Source: Ramlibacter sp. (GTDB taxonomy: Bacteria; Pseudomonadota; Gammaproteobacteria; Burkholderiales; Burkholderiaceae_C). Taken from it: a stretch of DNA of 64,000 nucleotides. Position 1 is the stretch's first letter. The number at the start of each line of letters is the position of its first letter. The notes under the pieces are model-generated. The model had not been told where the DNA came from, searched no databases, and worked only from the letters and a program-made list of their open reading frames with translations. Where the stretch lies: NCBI GenBank assembly GCA_016713005.1, contig JADJPY010000008.1:1-64000 (forward strand), read 5' to 3'. Below are positions 1 through 9,574 of this stretch, in pieces. A program made the position numbers and the translations under genes.

Positions 1-423
1 TGCAACCGCGAAGACAGCAAGTGGCAGATGCGCACCGTGATGGAGCTCAAGGGCGGCACGCTTTCGGTGGCCGAGAGCAGCAAGTACCAGGGCAACAATG
101 CCTTTACCGTGCTGCGTTGCGGCGCGGTGGCGGCAGCGGCACCTGCAGCGCCAGCAGCTCCTGCTGCGCCGGCGGCCGCAGCGTCCGGCAAGGTGATGAA
201 CTGCACGGTCAACCCCGGGCAGGCAGGCGTGACGACGTACCTGGACGACAAGCTCAAGAAGTCGGGCAACGCCGTGCGCGACTTCGACGGCTACACCTTC
301 AAGGCGGAGAAAACCATCAAGGTCAACAAGATGGACATCCTGGTGGGCAAGCTGGTGCGTGCCAACGGCAGCGTGTCGGAACCGCAGTCCTACGCCATGG
401 CCGACGAGTGGACATGTAAGTAA
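1..423 (+). CDS. C-terminal part of a hypothetical secreted protein (ORF enters from upstream); contains a (PAA)n low-complexity linker
   Basis: The open frame runs from position 1 to the TAA at 421-423. The PAAPAAPAAPAAPAAAAS repeat lies at about 130-185. No homology was recognised. Confidence 0.45.
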   Translation, partial: CNREDSKWQMRTVMELKGGTLSVAESSKYQGNNAFTVLRCGAVAAAAPAAPAAPAAPAAAASGKVMNCTVNPGQAGVTTYLDDKLKKSGNAVRDFDGYTFKAEKTIKVNKMDILVGKLVRANGSVSEPQSYAMADEWTCK

Positions 424-536
424 CGCGTGTGGCGGGGGAGCGCTTCCGTTGGGGTGCGGAGGCAGCGGGCGCCGGTGGTTGAAAAGCTCCCCCGCAGCGG
501 AGTAAATTGCCAAGGTCGACCCGCCGGGAGCCGTCC

Positions 537-1793
537 ATGCGCGAAGTCCGTTTGCCCTTTTGCCGCCTGCCCTTTCGCAGCCTGCCCCTTCGCGCCTTGT
601 TTGCCGCGGCCCTGCTTCTGGGCGTTGCCCTGCCCGCGCTGGGTCAGACGTACTACGGCGTCACCCAGAGCTGGTGTGGCAAGAACGGCGGGCAGTTCCG
701 CTTTACCGGCAAGGTGGGCACCGACATCGGCGAGTGCGTGGTGCTGCCACGCGTGGGCAGCGGCAGTTCGGGCAGCGGCGGCGGCTACAGCGGTGGTGGC
801 GGCAACCGTTACATGGACATCTACAACGCGGCGGGCGCCCTGCGCCAGATGCTGGCCGAGAGCCGCCGTCGCGAGGCCATCCAGCTGGCGACCGACATCA
901 ACGAGCAGGGTCGCCAGGCCCTGAGCTGGGGCAACTACGAGCTGGCGATCAGCTATTTCGAGCAGTCGGCCGACCTGTGGGGCCAACTGGGCGATGGCGG
1001 CAATGTCCAGATCAGCCTGAACAACGCCGCGATCGCGCGCAACGCCTGGGCCGAGAAGGACCGGCAGGCCCGCGCCGCCGAAGAGCGCCGCCAGGAGGCG
1101 GAGCGCCAGCGCCTGGAGGATGAGCGTCGCAGCGCTGAAGAGGCCCGCCGCATCGCCGAAGCCGAGGCCGAAGCCGCCGCCAGGGCCAGGCAGGCGTCCA
1201 GCGGCCAAGGCGCTTCGGGCGGCGCGGCCCGGCCGGCCGTCAAGGGCGCCCGCAAGGACACCAATTGCACTGGCCCCGTGCCCGACGACGTGGCAGGCTG
1301 TTACGAGCAGCCCCGCCTGAGCAAGAAGCAACTGGCAGCCCAGGAGGCCGAACGCAAGCGTGCCGAACGCCGCGCCAAGCGCGACCAGCTGCGCGAGGCA
1401 CTGCGCGTCAAGGACAAGCCGGTGGGCGACGGCGGCGTGGTGGACGGTGACGACCTGCAGGTGGCGGCCGCTGACCCGCCCAAACCGCCAGAGCCGCCGG
1501 CCAAACCACCGGTCATGCATTGGGACCACAACATCATGCAGCACGAGTGCGACGCCCGCGGCGGCAGCTGGGGCACGCCCAAGGGGCGCACGATGCCGGG
1601 CTGCCTGCTGGACGGACCCGGGCGCAGCGGGTTCCCGCTGGCGGGCCCTGAGACGGACGCTTTCATCAAGGAGCAGGTGGACGAGCAGATCAAGCGCGCC
1701 GAAGAGCAGTCCAAAGCGTTGCGCGACAACCTGTTCCAGCGCAATCAGGATGCGCTCAGGCGGGCGCAGCAGGCAGGCAAGGTCGGGCCCTGA
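537..1793 (+). CDS. Hypothetical secreted protein with an N-terminal signal peptide and a charged coiled-coil (E/R/A-rich) central region
   Basis: ATG at 537 gives MREVRLPF...LLLGVALPALGQ, a signal-peptide-like start. The ORF track shows a frame running to 1793. A Gly-rich segment is followed by an ERRQEAERQRLEDERR coiled-coil-like region. Confidence 0.5.
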   Translation: MREVRLPFCRLPFRSLPLRALFAAALLLGVALPALGQTYYGVTQSWCGKNGGQFRFTGKVGTDIGECVVLPRVGSGSSGSGGGYSGGGGNRYMDIYNAAGALRQMLAESRRREAIQLATDINEQGRQALSWGNYELAISYFEQSADLWGQLGDGGNVQISLNNAAIARNAWAEKDRQARAAEERRQEAERQRLEDERRSAEEARRIAEAEAEAAARARQASSGQGASGGAARPAVKGARKDTNCTGPVPDDVAGCYEQPRLSKKQLAAQEAERKRAERRAKRDQLREALRVKDKPVGDGGVVDGDDLQVAAADPPKPPEPPAKPPVMHWDHNIMQHECDARGGSWGTPKGRTMPGCLLDGPGRSGFPLAGPETDAFIKEQVDEQIKRAEEQSKALRDNLFQRNQDALRRAQQAGKVGP

Positions 1794-1816
1794 AGCCGGG
1801 CGGTACGCCCTGCCGG

Positions 1817-2278
1817 CTACCCCGGGACGCAGCCAGATAGGTCCAGCAGGACGGCCAGCAGGCCCAGTGCCCCCACCACGATGGCGATGCCGGCCCGCGC
1901 GGCGTAAGGGCCTTCTTCATTGGGGTCCAGCAGCGAGATGGCGGGATCCTGCGGGTCGTACCAGACCTTGACGGCTGTGCCCGTGGCGTACTTGTCGGCC
2001 ACAGGGCGGGCCAGTTGCGCGGTGGAAAACGCCGGCGAGCCGCCGGGACCGATGCGGTCGCCGTCATAGGTGGCGCCGCCCACGGTGTAGGTGTAAGCCA
2101 CCTCCAGCTTGTGCTCATTGCCGGAGTCCAGCTCGCGCACGGTCAAATCGCATCGGGTAATGACGCCCTGGGTGGTGGGCCACTGCCGGCTGGCACGTGC
2201 CTCTGCACGCGTCACGTGTGCCAGCCAGGCCGCAACAGCGGCGATCAGCAGACAGATGAGTCCGAATCCGGTGAGCAT
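1817..2278 (-). CDS. DUF3592-like small membrane protein
   Basis: N-terminal TM helix (MLTGFGLICLLIAAVAAWLA), then a beta-rich domain, then a C-terminal TM helix. The ORF track frame was used; the internal ATG is at 2276-2278. Confidence 0.45.
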   Translation of the reverse strand: MLTGFGLICLLIAAVAAWLAHVTRAEARASRQWPTTQGVITRCDLTVRELDSGNEHKLEVAYTYTVGGATYDGDRIGPGGSPAFSTAQLARPVADKYATGTAVKVWYDPQDPAISLLDPNEEGPYAARAGIAIVVGALGLLAVLLDLSGCVPG

Positions 2279-2347
2279 GGGCGTCCCCCGCAATGGCGCA
2301 AGGATTCTAGCCAGCGCCTGCCCGCACGCGGCGATGCGTCACCCGGC

Positions 2348-3196
2348 CTACGGCTTGAGCACGTCGCGCAGGAAGCCTTCGGCCGGGTGGCGGGCCGCGG
2401 GCAGATTCATCAGGGTGTGCGGCGCACCGGGGATCAGCACCACACTGGCCTGCTTGTTGGCCTTGAGCGCCGCACCACAGTGCCCGGTGGCGGTGGCGTT
2501 GCCCAGCCAGCTGTTGCTGGGGGAAAAGAAGACGTCGGTCGAACTCATCACATTCAGGACCGGCCGGTCGTCGGGCAGCGCGGTGGCGTGGGCCTGCACA
2601 AAGTAGTTGTCTTCACAACTCCACGAGTAGATGATGCGCCCCGCAAACTCGCGCCCGCTGTAGCGGGCGACGGCGGTGGCGCCTTCGCTGGTGCCGGCCA
2701 GCACCACGCGTGCCGCATCGGCCCATGGCAGGCCCGGCAATGCCCGGGCGGCGAGTGCGATTTCAGAGACCCGCAGCGCATGCACTTTTTCGTAGGTGGC
2801 CTTGTCCACGGGCGACTTGTAGGTGATGCGGTTGGGCAGGGCAAACGAGTCGGGCGCCAGGCTGGCGATGCCCATGCCGGCCAGCCACTGCTGCCATTCG
2901 CCAATGGCCTTGAGCGCGAGTCCCGACGAACCGTGCATGAACACCACCACCGGCACGCGCTGGCGCGCCTCCTTTGGCGCGCCGCGCAGCGGCCCCAGGT
3001 AAGGGGCGCCGCCGGTCACGCTGGCGGGCAGCGCCACCTGGGCGCCGGCAATCACGTCTTGTGCCGATGCCGCCGTGTGCACCACCGCCTCGCCCTTGAT
3101 CTCGCCCTGCGGGGTCTGGGCCCAGACGCTGGCGGCCAAGAGCAGGCTGGCCAGTACTGCGGCGTGTTGAACGGTTTGTGTCAAGGTGTTCTTCAT
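2348..3196 (-). CDS. Secreted alpha/beta hydrolase (dienelactone-hydrolase-like)
   Basis: Signal-peptide-like MKNTLTQTVQHAAVLASLLLAASVWA. The FMHGSSG nucleophile-elbow context and GTSEGA fit the alpha/beta hydrolase fold. It is divergent from a LysR gene. Confidence 0.55.
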   Translation of the reverse strand: MKNTLTQTVQHAAVLASLLLAASVWAQTPQGEIKGEAVVHTAASAQDVIAGAQVALPASVTGGAPYLGPLRGAPKEARQRVPVVVFMHGSSGLALKAIGEWQQWLAGMGIASLAPDSFALPNRITYKSPVDKATYEKVHALRVSEIALAARALPGLPWADAARVVLAGTSEGATAVARYSGREFAGRIIYSWSCEDNYFVQAHATALPDDRPVLNVMSSTDVFFSPSNSWLGNATATGHCGAALKANKQASVVLIPGAPHTLMNLPAARHPAEGFLRDVLKP

Positions 3197-3243
3197 GGTG
3201 TTTTCTCCTTCGGCCTGCACTCTAGGCCTGCGTGGTCTTCGTG

Positions 3244-3283
3244 TCCAATGCATGTGTTGGCTGATTCATAATTAAAAGCTATG
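3244..3283. promoter_or_regulatory. Near-perfect 14-16 bp inverted repeat (TTGGCTGATTCATA...TATGAATATCAGCCAA) in the divergent hydrolase/LysR promoter region; candidate LysR operator
   Basis: The palindrome was read directly. It sits between the divergent starts at 3196 (minus) and 3281 (plus). Confidence 0.5.
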
Positions 3284-4204
3284 AATATCAGCCAACGGCA
3301 ACTTCGCATGTTTGTCGAGACGGCGCGACTGGGCAACATCTCGCGTGCCAGTGAAGCGCTGCACATCAGCCAGCCCGCGCTGACGCGGGCGCTGAAGGAG
3401 TTCGAGTCACAGATCAGCACGGTGCTGTTTGAGCGCACCACCCGGCGCCTGGCGCTCACGCCCGAAGGGGAGCGCTTTTTGCCCACGGCGCAGCGCCTGC
3501 TGGGCGACCTGACCGAGGCCGCCGAGCGACTGCGCGTGCAGGCCAGTGACGTGCAGGGCACGGTGACGCTTGCAGTGGGTACGGCGTTTGGCGCGCTGGT
3601 GCTGCCCCATGTGCTGCGGCCGCTGGCGGCGCGCTACCCCGGCATGCGCCTGCGCCTGCTGGACGACACCAGCGCCGGCATCACGCGCCGGGTCGTGCAC
3701 GCCGAGGCGGACCTCGGCATTGGTTCGCTGTCGGGCGACACCAGCGCCCTGCTGTGCCAGAAGCTGCTGACGGCGCCGCTGGGCGTGCTGGCCAACCCGG
3801 CGCACTTTGCCCTCAAGGCATCGGCCGGCGCACGCGAGCTGGCCGCGCTGCCCCTGCTGAAGGAAGGGCCGGACACCAGCATCATGCAGCTGCTGCGCCT
3901 GCACGGCTCCAGCCTGGTGGCGCAGATGGAAGGCGGCATTGAGGTTTCCAGCCTGTCCATCCAGCTGGCAATGGCGCAGGCGGGCGTGGGGGTGGCCGTG
4001 CTCTCGGCGCTGGGCGCCAGCCACCCGCAGGCGCGCGGCATGCGCTTTGTACCGTTGCGCCCCGCCGTGCGGCGCGAAGTCTTTTTGCAGCAGCGCCGCG
4101 ACCGGCCGCTGTCGGCCAGTGCCCGCGTGCTGCGCGATGCCCTGCTCGCGCCGCTGCGCGTGCCGCAGGCGCACCCGTCGATACGGTTTGTGGCCAAGGG
4201 CTGA
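3281..4204 (+). CDS. LysR-family transcriptional regulator
   Basis: N-terminal HTH (MNISQRQLRMFVETARLGNISRASEALHISQPALTRALKEFE) followed by a LysR substrate-binding domain. Confidence 0.85.
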   Translation: MNISQRQLRMFVETARLGNISRASEALHISQPALTRALKEFESQISTVLFERTTRRLALTPEGERFLPTAQRLLGDLTEAAERLRVQASDVQGTVTLAVGTAFGALVLPHVLRPLAARYPGMRLRLLDDTSAGITRRVVHAEADLGIGSLSGDTSALLCQKLLTAPLGVLANPAHFALKASAGARELAALPLLKEGPDTSIMQLLRLHGSSLVAQMEGGIEVSSLSIQLAMAQAGVGVAVLSALGASHPQARGMRFVPLRPAVRREVFLQQRRDRPLSASARVLRDALLAPLRVPQAHPSIRFVAKG

Positions 4205-4217
4205 GCGGACGCAACCG

Positions 4218-7200
4218 TCAATGAAAGTCCCGGCTCCGGTTGCCCAGCCGGCCGAGCCGGCCCAGCAGGGGCGTCAGGTCGGTGAGCCGCGCGGCCACCA
4301 GATGGCAGACCTGGCCACCGCTGTCCACATCGCGCTGCCAGGTGCCGTGCACGGCCAGCAGGCGCGCGCGAAGCAGGGGCTGGCGCTGGGCCTCGCGCAC
4401 ATGCCGCCACACGATCACGTTGACGGGGCCGGTCTCGTCCTCCAGCGTCACAAAGATGGTGCCCTTGGCCGTCTGGGGCTGCTGGCGCACCGTCACGATG
4501 CCGCAGGCGGCGGCTCGGCGGCCATCGGGCAGCGCAGACAGCTCCTGCGCATTCAGGTAGCCCGTGCGGGCCAGCCGTGCGCGCAACAGGGCCAGCGGAT
4601 GGCGACGCAGCGTCAGGCCGGTGGCGGCGTAGTCAAACAGGATCTCCTCGCCCTCGGGCGCGGGGGGCAGCGCCAGCGCGGCCTCGTGCACGGGCGCGCC
4701 GCGCAGCAGCGCGGGCGCGCGGTGGCGCGCGGCGGCGTCCCACACCTGCTGGCGCCGGTGGCCCGAGAGGCTGTGCAGCGCGTCGGCGGCGGCCAGCGCA
4801 TTCAGGTCTTTCACGTCCAGCTGCGCGCGCAGGGACAGGTCTTCGGTGCTGGCAAAGGGCGCCTGCGCGCGCGCAGCCACGATGCGGCTGGCGCCCTCGC
4901 CGCTCAGCCCGCCCACCATGTGCAGGCCCAGCCGGACTGCTGCGTCCGGGGCCACGTCAGGCCCCGAATAATTGGAATCTGACCCCAATTTCTCCAGTGT
5001 GCAGTCGGTGTGGCTGTGGGAGACGTCGGCGGGCAGCACTTGCACGCCATGGCGACGGGCGTCCTGCACCAGCTGGGCGGGCGGGTAAAAGCCCATGGGC
5101 TGGGAGTTGAGCATCGCGGCCAGGAAGCATGCGGGCTCGTGGCACTTGAGCCAGCTGCTGGCGTAGGCCAGCAGCGCAAAGCTGTAGGCGTGGCTCTCGG
5201 GGAAGCCGTATTCGCCAAAGCCCAGGATCTGCCCGAATATGCGCCGCGCAAACGCATCGGTATAGCCGCGGGCCAGCATGCCGCTGATGAGGGGCGCTTC
5301 GAACCTGTGCACCCCGCCCTTGCGCTTCCAGGCGGCCATGGCACGGCGCAGCGCATCGGCCTGCGTGGCACTGAAGCCGGCGGCCACCATCGAAATCTGC
5401 ATCACCTGCTCCTGGAAGATGGGCACGCCCAGCGTGCGCGCCAGCGCCTCTTTCAGGCGGGGTTCGTCGCCGTCGTGGCTCGAGCGCTCGTACTCGATGG
5501 GCAGGCCGCGGGCGACGCGCTCGCGCGCCTTCAGGTAGGGGTGCACCATGCCGCCGGCAATCGGCCCGGGCCGCACGATGGCGACCTCGATCACCAGGTC
5601 GTAGAAGCGCCGCGGCCGCAGGCGCGGCAGCATGGACATCTGCGCCCGGCTCTCGATCTGGAACACGCCCACCGTGTCGGCGCGGCGGATCATCTCGTAG
5701 GTGGCCGGATCCTCCTGCGGGATGTCACGCAGCTGCATGTCCGTGCCGCGCAGCGCGTTGCGCAGGTGCAGGCAGCGGCGGATGGCGGTGAGCATGCCCA
5801 GCGCCAGCACGTCGACCTTGAGCAGCCCCAGGCTTTCCAGGTCGTCCTTGTCCCACTGGATGACGGAGCGGTCTTTCATGGCCGCGTTCTCCACCGGCAC
5901 CAGCCGGGTCAGGCGGGTTTGCGTCAGCACAAAGCCGCCCACATGCTGGCTCAGGTGGCGCGGAAAGCCGATCAGCTCGCGCGTGAGGCCCAGCCACAGC
6001 CGCGCGGTGTGCACGGGAAGCGCCACGCCGCAGCGCTGCGCCAATTCGTCCAGCCGGTCGTCGGCCAGGCCCTTGTCAAACCACTGGTGCTCGCCGGCAA
6101 AAGCCTCCACCAGCGGCACGGGCACGCCCAGCGCCTTGCCCACGTCGCGGATGGCGCTGCGGGTGCGGTAGCAGGTGACAACGGCGGCAATGGCGGCGCG
6201 CTCGCGGCCGTACTTGGCGTAGATGTACTGGATGACTTCCTCGCGGCGCTCGTGCTCGAAATCCACGTCGATGTCGGGCGGTTCGTTGCGCCGCTCCAGG
6301 CTGATGAAGCGCTCCAGCAGCGGGTGCGAGTGCATGGGGTCGGCCGCGGTGATGCCAAGGCACCAGCACACCACCGAGTTGGCCGCCGAGCCGCGACCCT
6401 GGCAGAGGATGCCTTTGCCCTCGGCAAAGCGCACGATGTCGTCCACGGTCAGGAAAAACATCTCGTAGCGGCATTCGGCAATGAGCCGCAGCTCCTTGAC
6501 CAGGTAGCGGCCGATGCGCATGGGCAGGCCCTGCGGGTAACGCCGCGCCGCGCCTTGCAGCGTGCGCCGGCGCAGCGCCTGCGCGGGGCTCAGGCCTTCG
6601 GGCACCGTCTCCAGCGGGTAGTTGTAGCGCACCTCGTCCAGGCTGAAGCGGCAGCGCCGCGCCACCTCCAGCGTGGCGGCCAGCAGCGCCGGCGGATAGA
6701 TGTGGGCCAGGCGCGCGCGCAGCCGCAGGTGGCGCTCGGCGTTGGGCTGCAAACCGAAACCGCAGTCGGCCACCGGCCGGCCCAGACGCACGGCGGTGAT
6801 CACGTCCTGCAGCGGCTTGCGCGAGCGCACGTGCATGTGCACGTCGCCCGCGGCCACCAGCGGCACGCCGGTTTGTGCGCCCAGGGCCTGCAGCGTGGCC
6901 AGCCAGGCCTCGTCGTCGGGGCCGTGCAGCAACTCGGCCCCCAGCCAGATATCCAGGGGAAATATGGCCCTGAGCCCCGCCAGAATTGATCGGATAGCTA
7001 TCAAATTAATAGCATCCTGAGCACGACGCTCAGGGACGAAGAGCAGCTCGCATCCGCCCAGGCGGTGCAGCGCGGCCTCCGCGCCGGGCACGCGGTAGTC
7101 GCCCTTGGGCGCGTTGCGCCGCGCCGCGGTGATGAACTCGCACAGGTTGCCCCAGCCGTCCAGGTCGCGCGCCAGCGCCACCAGGCGAAAGCCCTCAAAC

Positions 7201-7445
7201 GCGAACTCCGCGCCGGCCAGCAGCTTCAGGCCCAGCTCGCGCGCCTTCATGTGCGCGCGCACCAGCCCGGCGACCGAGCATTCGTCGGTGATGGCCAGCG
7301 CCTCGTAGCCCAGATCAAAGGCGCGCTGCACCAGTTCTTCGGGGTGCGAGGCGCCCCGCTGGAAGCTGAAGTTGCTTAAAGCGTGCAGCTCGGCATAGCT
7401 GGGGAGGTGACCGGGCAGATAACCGGGCAGGGCCGACTCAGGCAT
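4218..7445 (-). CDS. dnaE2: Error-prone DNA polymerase III alpha-type subunit DnaE2 (ImuC)
   Basis: PHP domain N-terminus (SYAELHALSNFSFQRGAS), about 1075 aa, last gene of the imuA-imuB-dnaE2 cassette. Start was set at MPESALPGY (ATG 7443-7445). Confidence 0.9.
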   Translation of the reverse strand: MPESALPGYLPGHLPSYAELHALSNFSFQRGASHPEELVQRAFDLGYEALAITDECSVAGLVRAHMKARELGLKLLAGAEFAFEGFRLVALARDLDGWGNLCEFITAARRNAPKGDYRVPGAEAALHRLGGCELLFVPERRAQDAINLIAIRSILAGLRAIFPLDIWLGAELLHGPDDEAWLATLQALGAQTGVPLVAAGDVHMHVRSRKPLQDVITAVRLGRPVADCGFGLQPNAERHLRLRARLAHIYPPALLAATLEVARRCRFSLDEVRYNYPLETVPEGLSPAQALRRRTLQGAARRYPQGLPMRIGRYLVKELRLIAECRYEMFFLTVDDIVRFAEGKGILCQGRGSAANSVVCWCLGITAADPMHSHPLLERFISLERRNEPPDIDVDFEHERREEVIQYIYAKYGRERAAIAAVVTCYRTRSAIRDVGKALGVPVPLVEAFAGEHQWFDKGLADDRLDELAQRCGVALPVHTARLWLGLTRELIGFPRHLSQHVGGFVLTQTRLTRLVPVENAAMKDRSVIQWDKDDLESLGLLKVDVLALGMLTAIRRCLHLRNALRGTDMQLRDIPQEDPATYEMIRRADTVGVFQIESRAQMSMLPRLRPRRFYDLVIEVAIVRPGPIAGGMVHPYLKARERVARGLPIEYERSSHDGDEPRLKEALARTLGVPIFQEQVMQISMVAAGFSATQADALRRAMAAWKRKGGVHRFEAPLISGMLARGYTDAFARRIFGQILGFGEYGFPESHAYSFALLAYASSWLKCHEPACFLAAMLNSQPMGFYPPAQLVQDARRHGVQVLPADVSHSHTDCTLEKLGSDSNYSGPDVAPDAAVRLGLHMVGGLSGEGASRIVAARAQAPFASTEDLSLRAQLDVKDLNALAAADALHSLSGHRRQQVWDAAARHRAPALLRGAPVHEAALALPPAPEGEEILFDYAATGLTLRRHPLALLRARLARTGYLNAQELSALPDGRRAAACGIVTVRQQPQTAKGTIFVTLEDETGPVNVIVWRHVREAQRQPLLRARLLAVHGTWQRDVDSGGQVCHLVAARLTDLTPLLGRLGRLGNRSRDFH
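6981..7013. repeat. AT-rich small palindromic element (compound: CAGAATTGATCGGATAGC + GCTATCAAATTAATAGC), in-frame inside dnaE2
   Basis: Read directly. Family consensus GCTATC-W6-GTAGC. Confidence 0.7.
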
Positions 7446-8739
7446 AGAACCCCTGCAGGAACCATCGCCCCGACCCGCCACCGGCGAGCGCCGGCCGCTC
7501 GCGGTACACCCACACCAGCCCGGCCTGCGGGCTGTGGGCGATGAAATAGTCGCGCAGCGCCGGGCCGCCACCCTCCCACCAGCCGGCCTCGATGCGGTGC
7601 AGGCGCGTCAGCCGGCGCAGCGGGCCACCGTACTGCGGCACGTCCCGCTCCACCGCCAGCGCCAGCGGCTCGCGCAGCAGCCAGGTGGGGTACAGGACGT
7701 CCGCGGCTGGAGGGCTGGCGTGCGCGGCAGAAGGAGTGGCGCCCCCCTCGCCTGCGCCCTGCCCGCGCGCGCTCACCCAGCGCTGCATGGCCTCGGGCCG
7801 GTGGTCGGCCTGCGCCACGGGTACCTGCACCTGGTCTTCCCCCAGCCGCGCACTCAGGCGCTCCACCAGTTCGTGCAGGCGCTCGCCGGGGCGGTTGTCC
7901 TCGGGCAGGAAGCTGCGGCTTGCGCCCAGCCAGGGCGCGCTGTCGGTGAGGCGCAGGCGCAAGTGGCTGGCGGGCGCGGCCAGGCGCACGCGCGCGAGCT
8001 GCTCGCCCACCAGCCGGCGCAGGTGGGCCATGTCCTGCGCGGGCTGCGCCGTGCGCACCGTCAGTGATTCGTGGGGCGGCAGCGGCACGCCATCCAGGCG
8101 CTTGAGGTCCAGCGTCCACTGCAACTGCAGCGCCAGCGCGCCACGGTCGCGCGCGCGCAGCCAGGCCTGCAGTTGCAGCAGCAGGCGCTGCGCGGCCCAC
8201 ATCAGCCCGGGCGCAGTGGTGGCCAGCGCAGGCAGCTCCAGGCTGGCGTCAAACACCTCAGGCAGGGTCAGCCAGACGCAGGCGGCGGGCCGCTCGCCAT
8301 AGGCCGTGTCCAGCGCCTCCAGCAGGGGCGCGCCAAAGCGCCGCGCCACACCCCCGCGCGGCAGCGCGCGCAGCTGGCCCCACTGGCGGCAACCGGTGCG
8401 CGCCAGCGTGTCCAGCCAGGGCTGCGCGGCCGTCAGCGTGGACAGCGGCAGCCCGTCGGGCACGGCGGGCGGCACAGCCAGCCCCTGGCGCTGCAGGCGC
8501 AGGAGCGCGATTGCTATCAAATATGTAGCGGCTCGTGCATATTCCACGCGGGCTGCGGCATGATTTGGCCTGAAAAGACGGCGCAGCAGGCGATCTGGCC
8601 CGCCCCACAGCCGGTGCGAGGCCGAGACCTCCAGCACCAGTGCCTCGTCCACCTGCGCCACCCGCGGCGTGAACTGCAGCGCGCGCCAGCCCCAGGCGGT
8701 GTGCTCGCCCTCAGGTGGCAACAGCGCGATCCAGTGCAT
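7438..8739 (-). CDS. imuB: ImuB, Y-family DNA polymerase-like protein of the mutagenesis cassette
   Basis: Starts MHWIALLPPEGEH... as typical for ImuB. It overlaps the dnaE2 start by 8 nt and the imuA end by 29 nt, which indicates an operon. Confidence 0.85.
   Translation of the reverse strand: MHWIALLPPEGEHTAWGWRALQFTPRVAQVDEALVLEVSASHRLWGGPDRLLRRLFRPNHAAARVEYARAATYLIAIALLRLQRQGLAVPPAVPDGLPLSTLTAAQPWLDTLARTGCRQWGQLRALPRGGVARRFGAPLLEALDTAYGERPAACVWLTLPEVFDASLELPALATTAPGLMWAAQRLLLQLQAWLRARDRGALALQLQWTLDLKRLDGVPLPPHESLTVRTAQPAQDMAHLRRLVGEQLARVRLAAPASHLRLRLTDSAPWLGASRSFLPEDNRPGERLHELVERLSARLGEDQVQVPVAQADHRPEAMQRWVSARGQGAGEGGATPSAAHASPPAADVLYPTWLLREPLALAVERDVPQYGGPLRRLTRLHRIEAGWWEGGGPALRDYFIAHSPQAGLVWVYRERPALAGGGSGRWFLQGFYA
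8511..8531. repeat. Same element family (TTGCTATCAAATATGTAGCGG), in-frame inside imuB
   Basis: Read directly. Confidence 0.7.
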
Positions 8740-9487
8740 GACCGGCCTCCCGGGATGCGGGGGCGCCCGCCCGCGAGGGCGTGGCAGGGGGCCGCGCCAT
8801 GCCGCCCCGGCGTGTGGCCAGCAGCGCCGCCAGCCGCGCTGGGTGGGCGGGCAGCACCAGCGGCTCATCCAGCGGTGGCCCACGCCGCTTGAGGATGCGC
8901 AGCTGCAGCGTGTCGGTGCCCTGCAGCAGCAGGCGAAGCCGCGCGGGCGAGGATTCGTGCTGCGCCGCGGGCGTGCGGAACACCACCAGCAGCCGCCGGT
9001 GCTGCTGCGCGGCCAGGTGCAGCCGGCGCAGCGCATCCGCACGGGCCTGGGGCAGCCAGGCCAGCACGGCCACCCCATCGGCGCAGCGCAGCGCCTGCTC
9101 GGTGGCCCACAGGCCGGCAGCGGGCTGGCCCGCGCGCACCCACAGCAGCCGCCCCGGCGGCAGGCCCTGCGCAGCCAGCGCAGGGCCGAACGGCACCTGC
9201 GGCGCATCCACCAGCACCACCGGCCCGGGCTGCGCCCGCACCAGCTGCGCCAGCGAGGGCAACAGCAACTGCCACACGTGCAGACCGGGCCGGGCCTGCA
9301 GCACCTCCACCAGGCCGTCCAGCGGCCAGCCGCCACCGGGCAACTGCGCGTCCAGCGCGGCGTGGCCGGTGGACACCTGCGCCGACACCGGCGCGCACGC
9401 CTCCCCGCGCCAGACATGGGGCAAGTCATCTGGCAAGGCGGCGGGCAGGCGAACGGGCGTCACAACGGATGAGAAAAGGAGCGTCAA
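8711..9487 (-). CDS. imuA: ImuA (SulA/RecA-like SOS-induced protein)
   Basis: LPHVWRG...GHAALDAQLPGGGWP motif of the ImuA family. The start codon is TTG at 9485-9487 or a downstream GTG. A LexA box lies immediately upstream. Confidence 0.8.
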   Translation of the reverse strand: MTLLFSSVVTPVRLPAALPDDLPHVWRGEACAPVSAQVSTGHAALDAQLPGGGWPLDGLVEVLQARPGLHVWQLLLPSLAQLVRAQPGPVVLVDAPQVPFGPALAAQGLPPGRLLWVRAGQPAAGLWATEQALRCADGVAVLAWLPQARADALRRLHLAAQQHRRLLVVFRTPAAQHESSPARLRLLLQGTDTLQLRILKRRGPPLDEPLVLPAHPARLAALLATRRGGMARPPATPSRAGAPASREAGHALDRAVAT

Positions 9488-9489
9488 AA

Positions 9490-9509
9490 TACTGTTTGTT
9501 TATACAGTA
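9490..9509 (-). promoter_or_regulatory. LexA SOS box (TACTGTTTGTTTATACAGTA, i.e. CTGT-N8-ACAG) in the imuA promoter
   Basis: Perfect proteobacterial LexA consensus, read directly, 3 nt upstream of the imuA start. Confidence 0.9.
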
Positions 9510-9574
9510 TCATGGCGCACCTTGAAAGCAGCCCCCCCAATAGAGGGCGGGCTTCTTGCCTGCGTGCCCGGGAT

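Noticed and set aside
5010-6989. 659-aa plus-strand ORF
   Set aside because: Antisense to dnaE2, with low-complexity composition.
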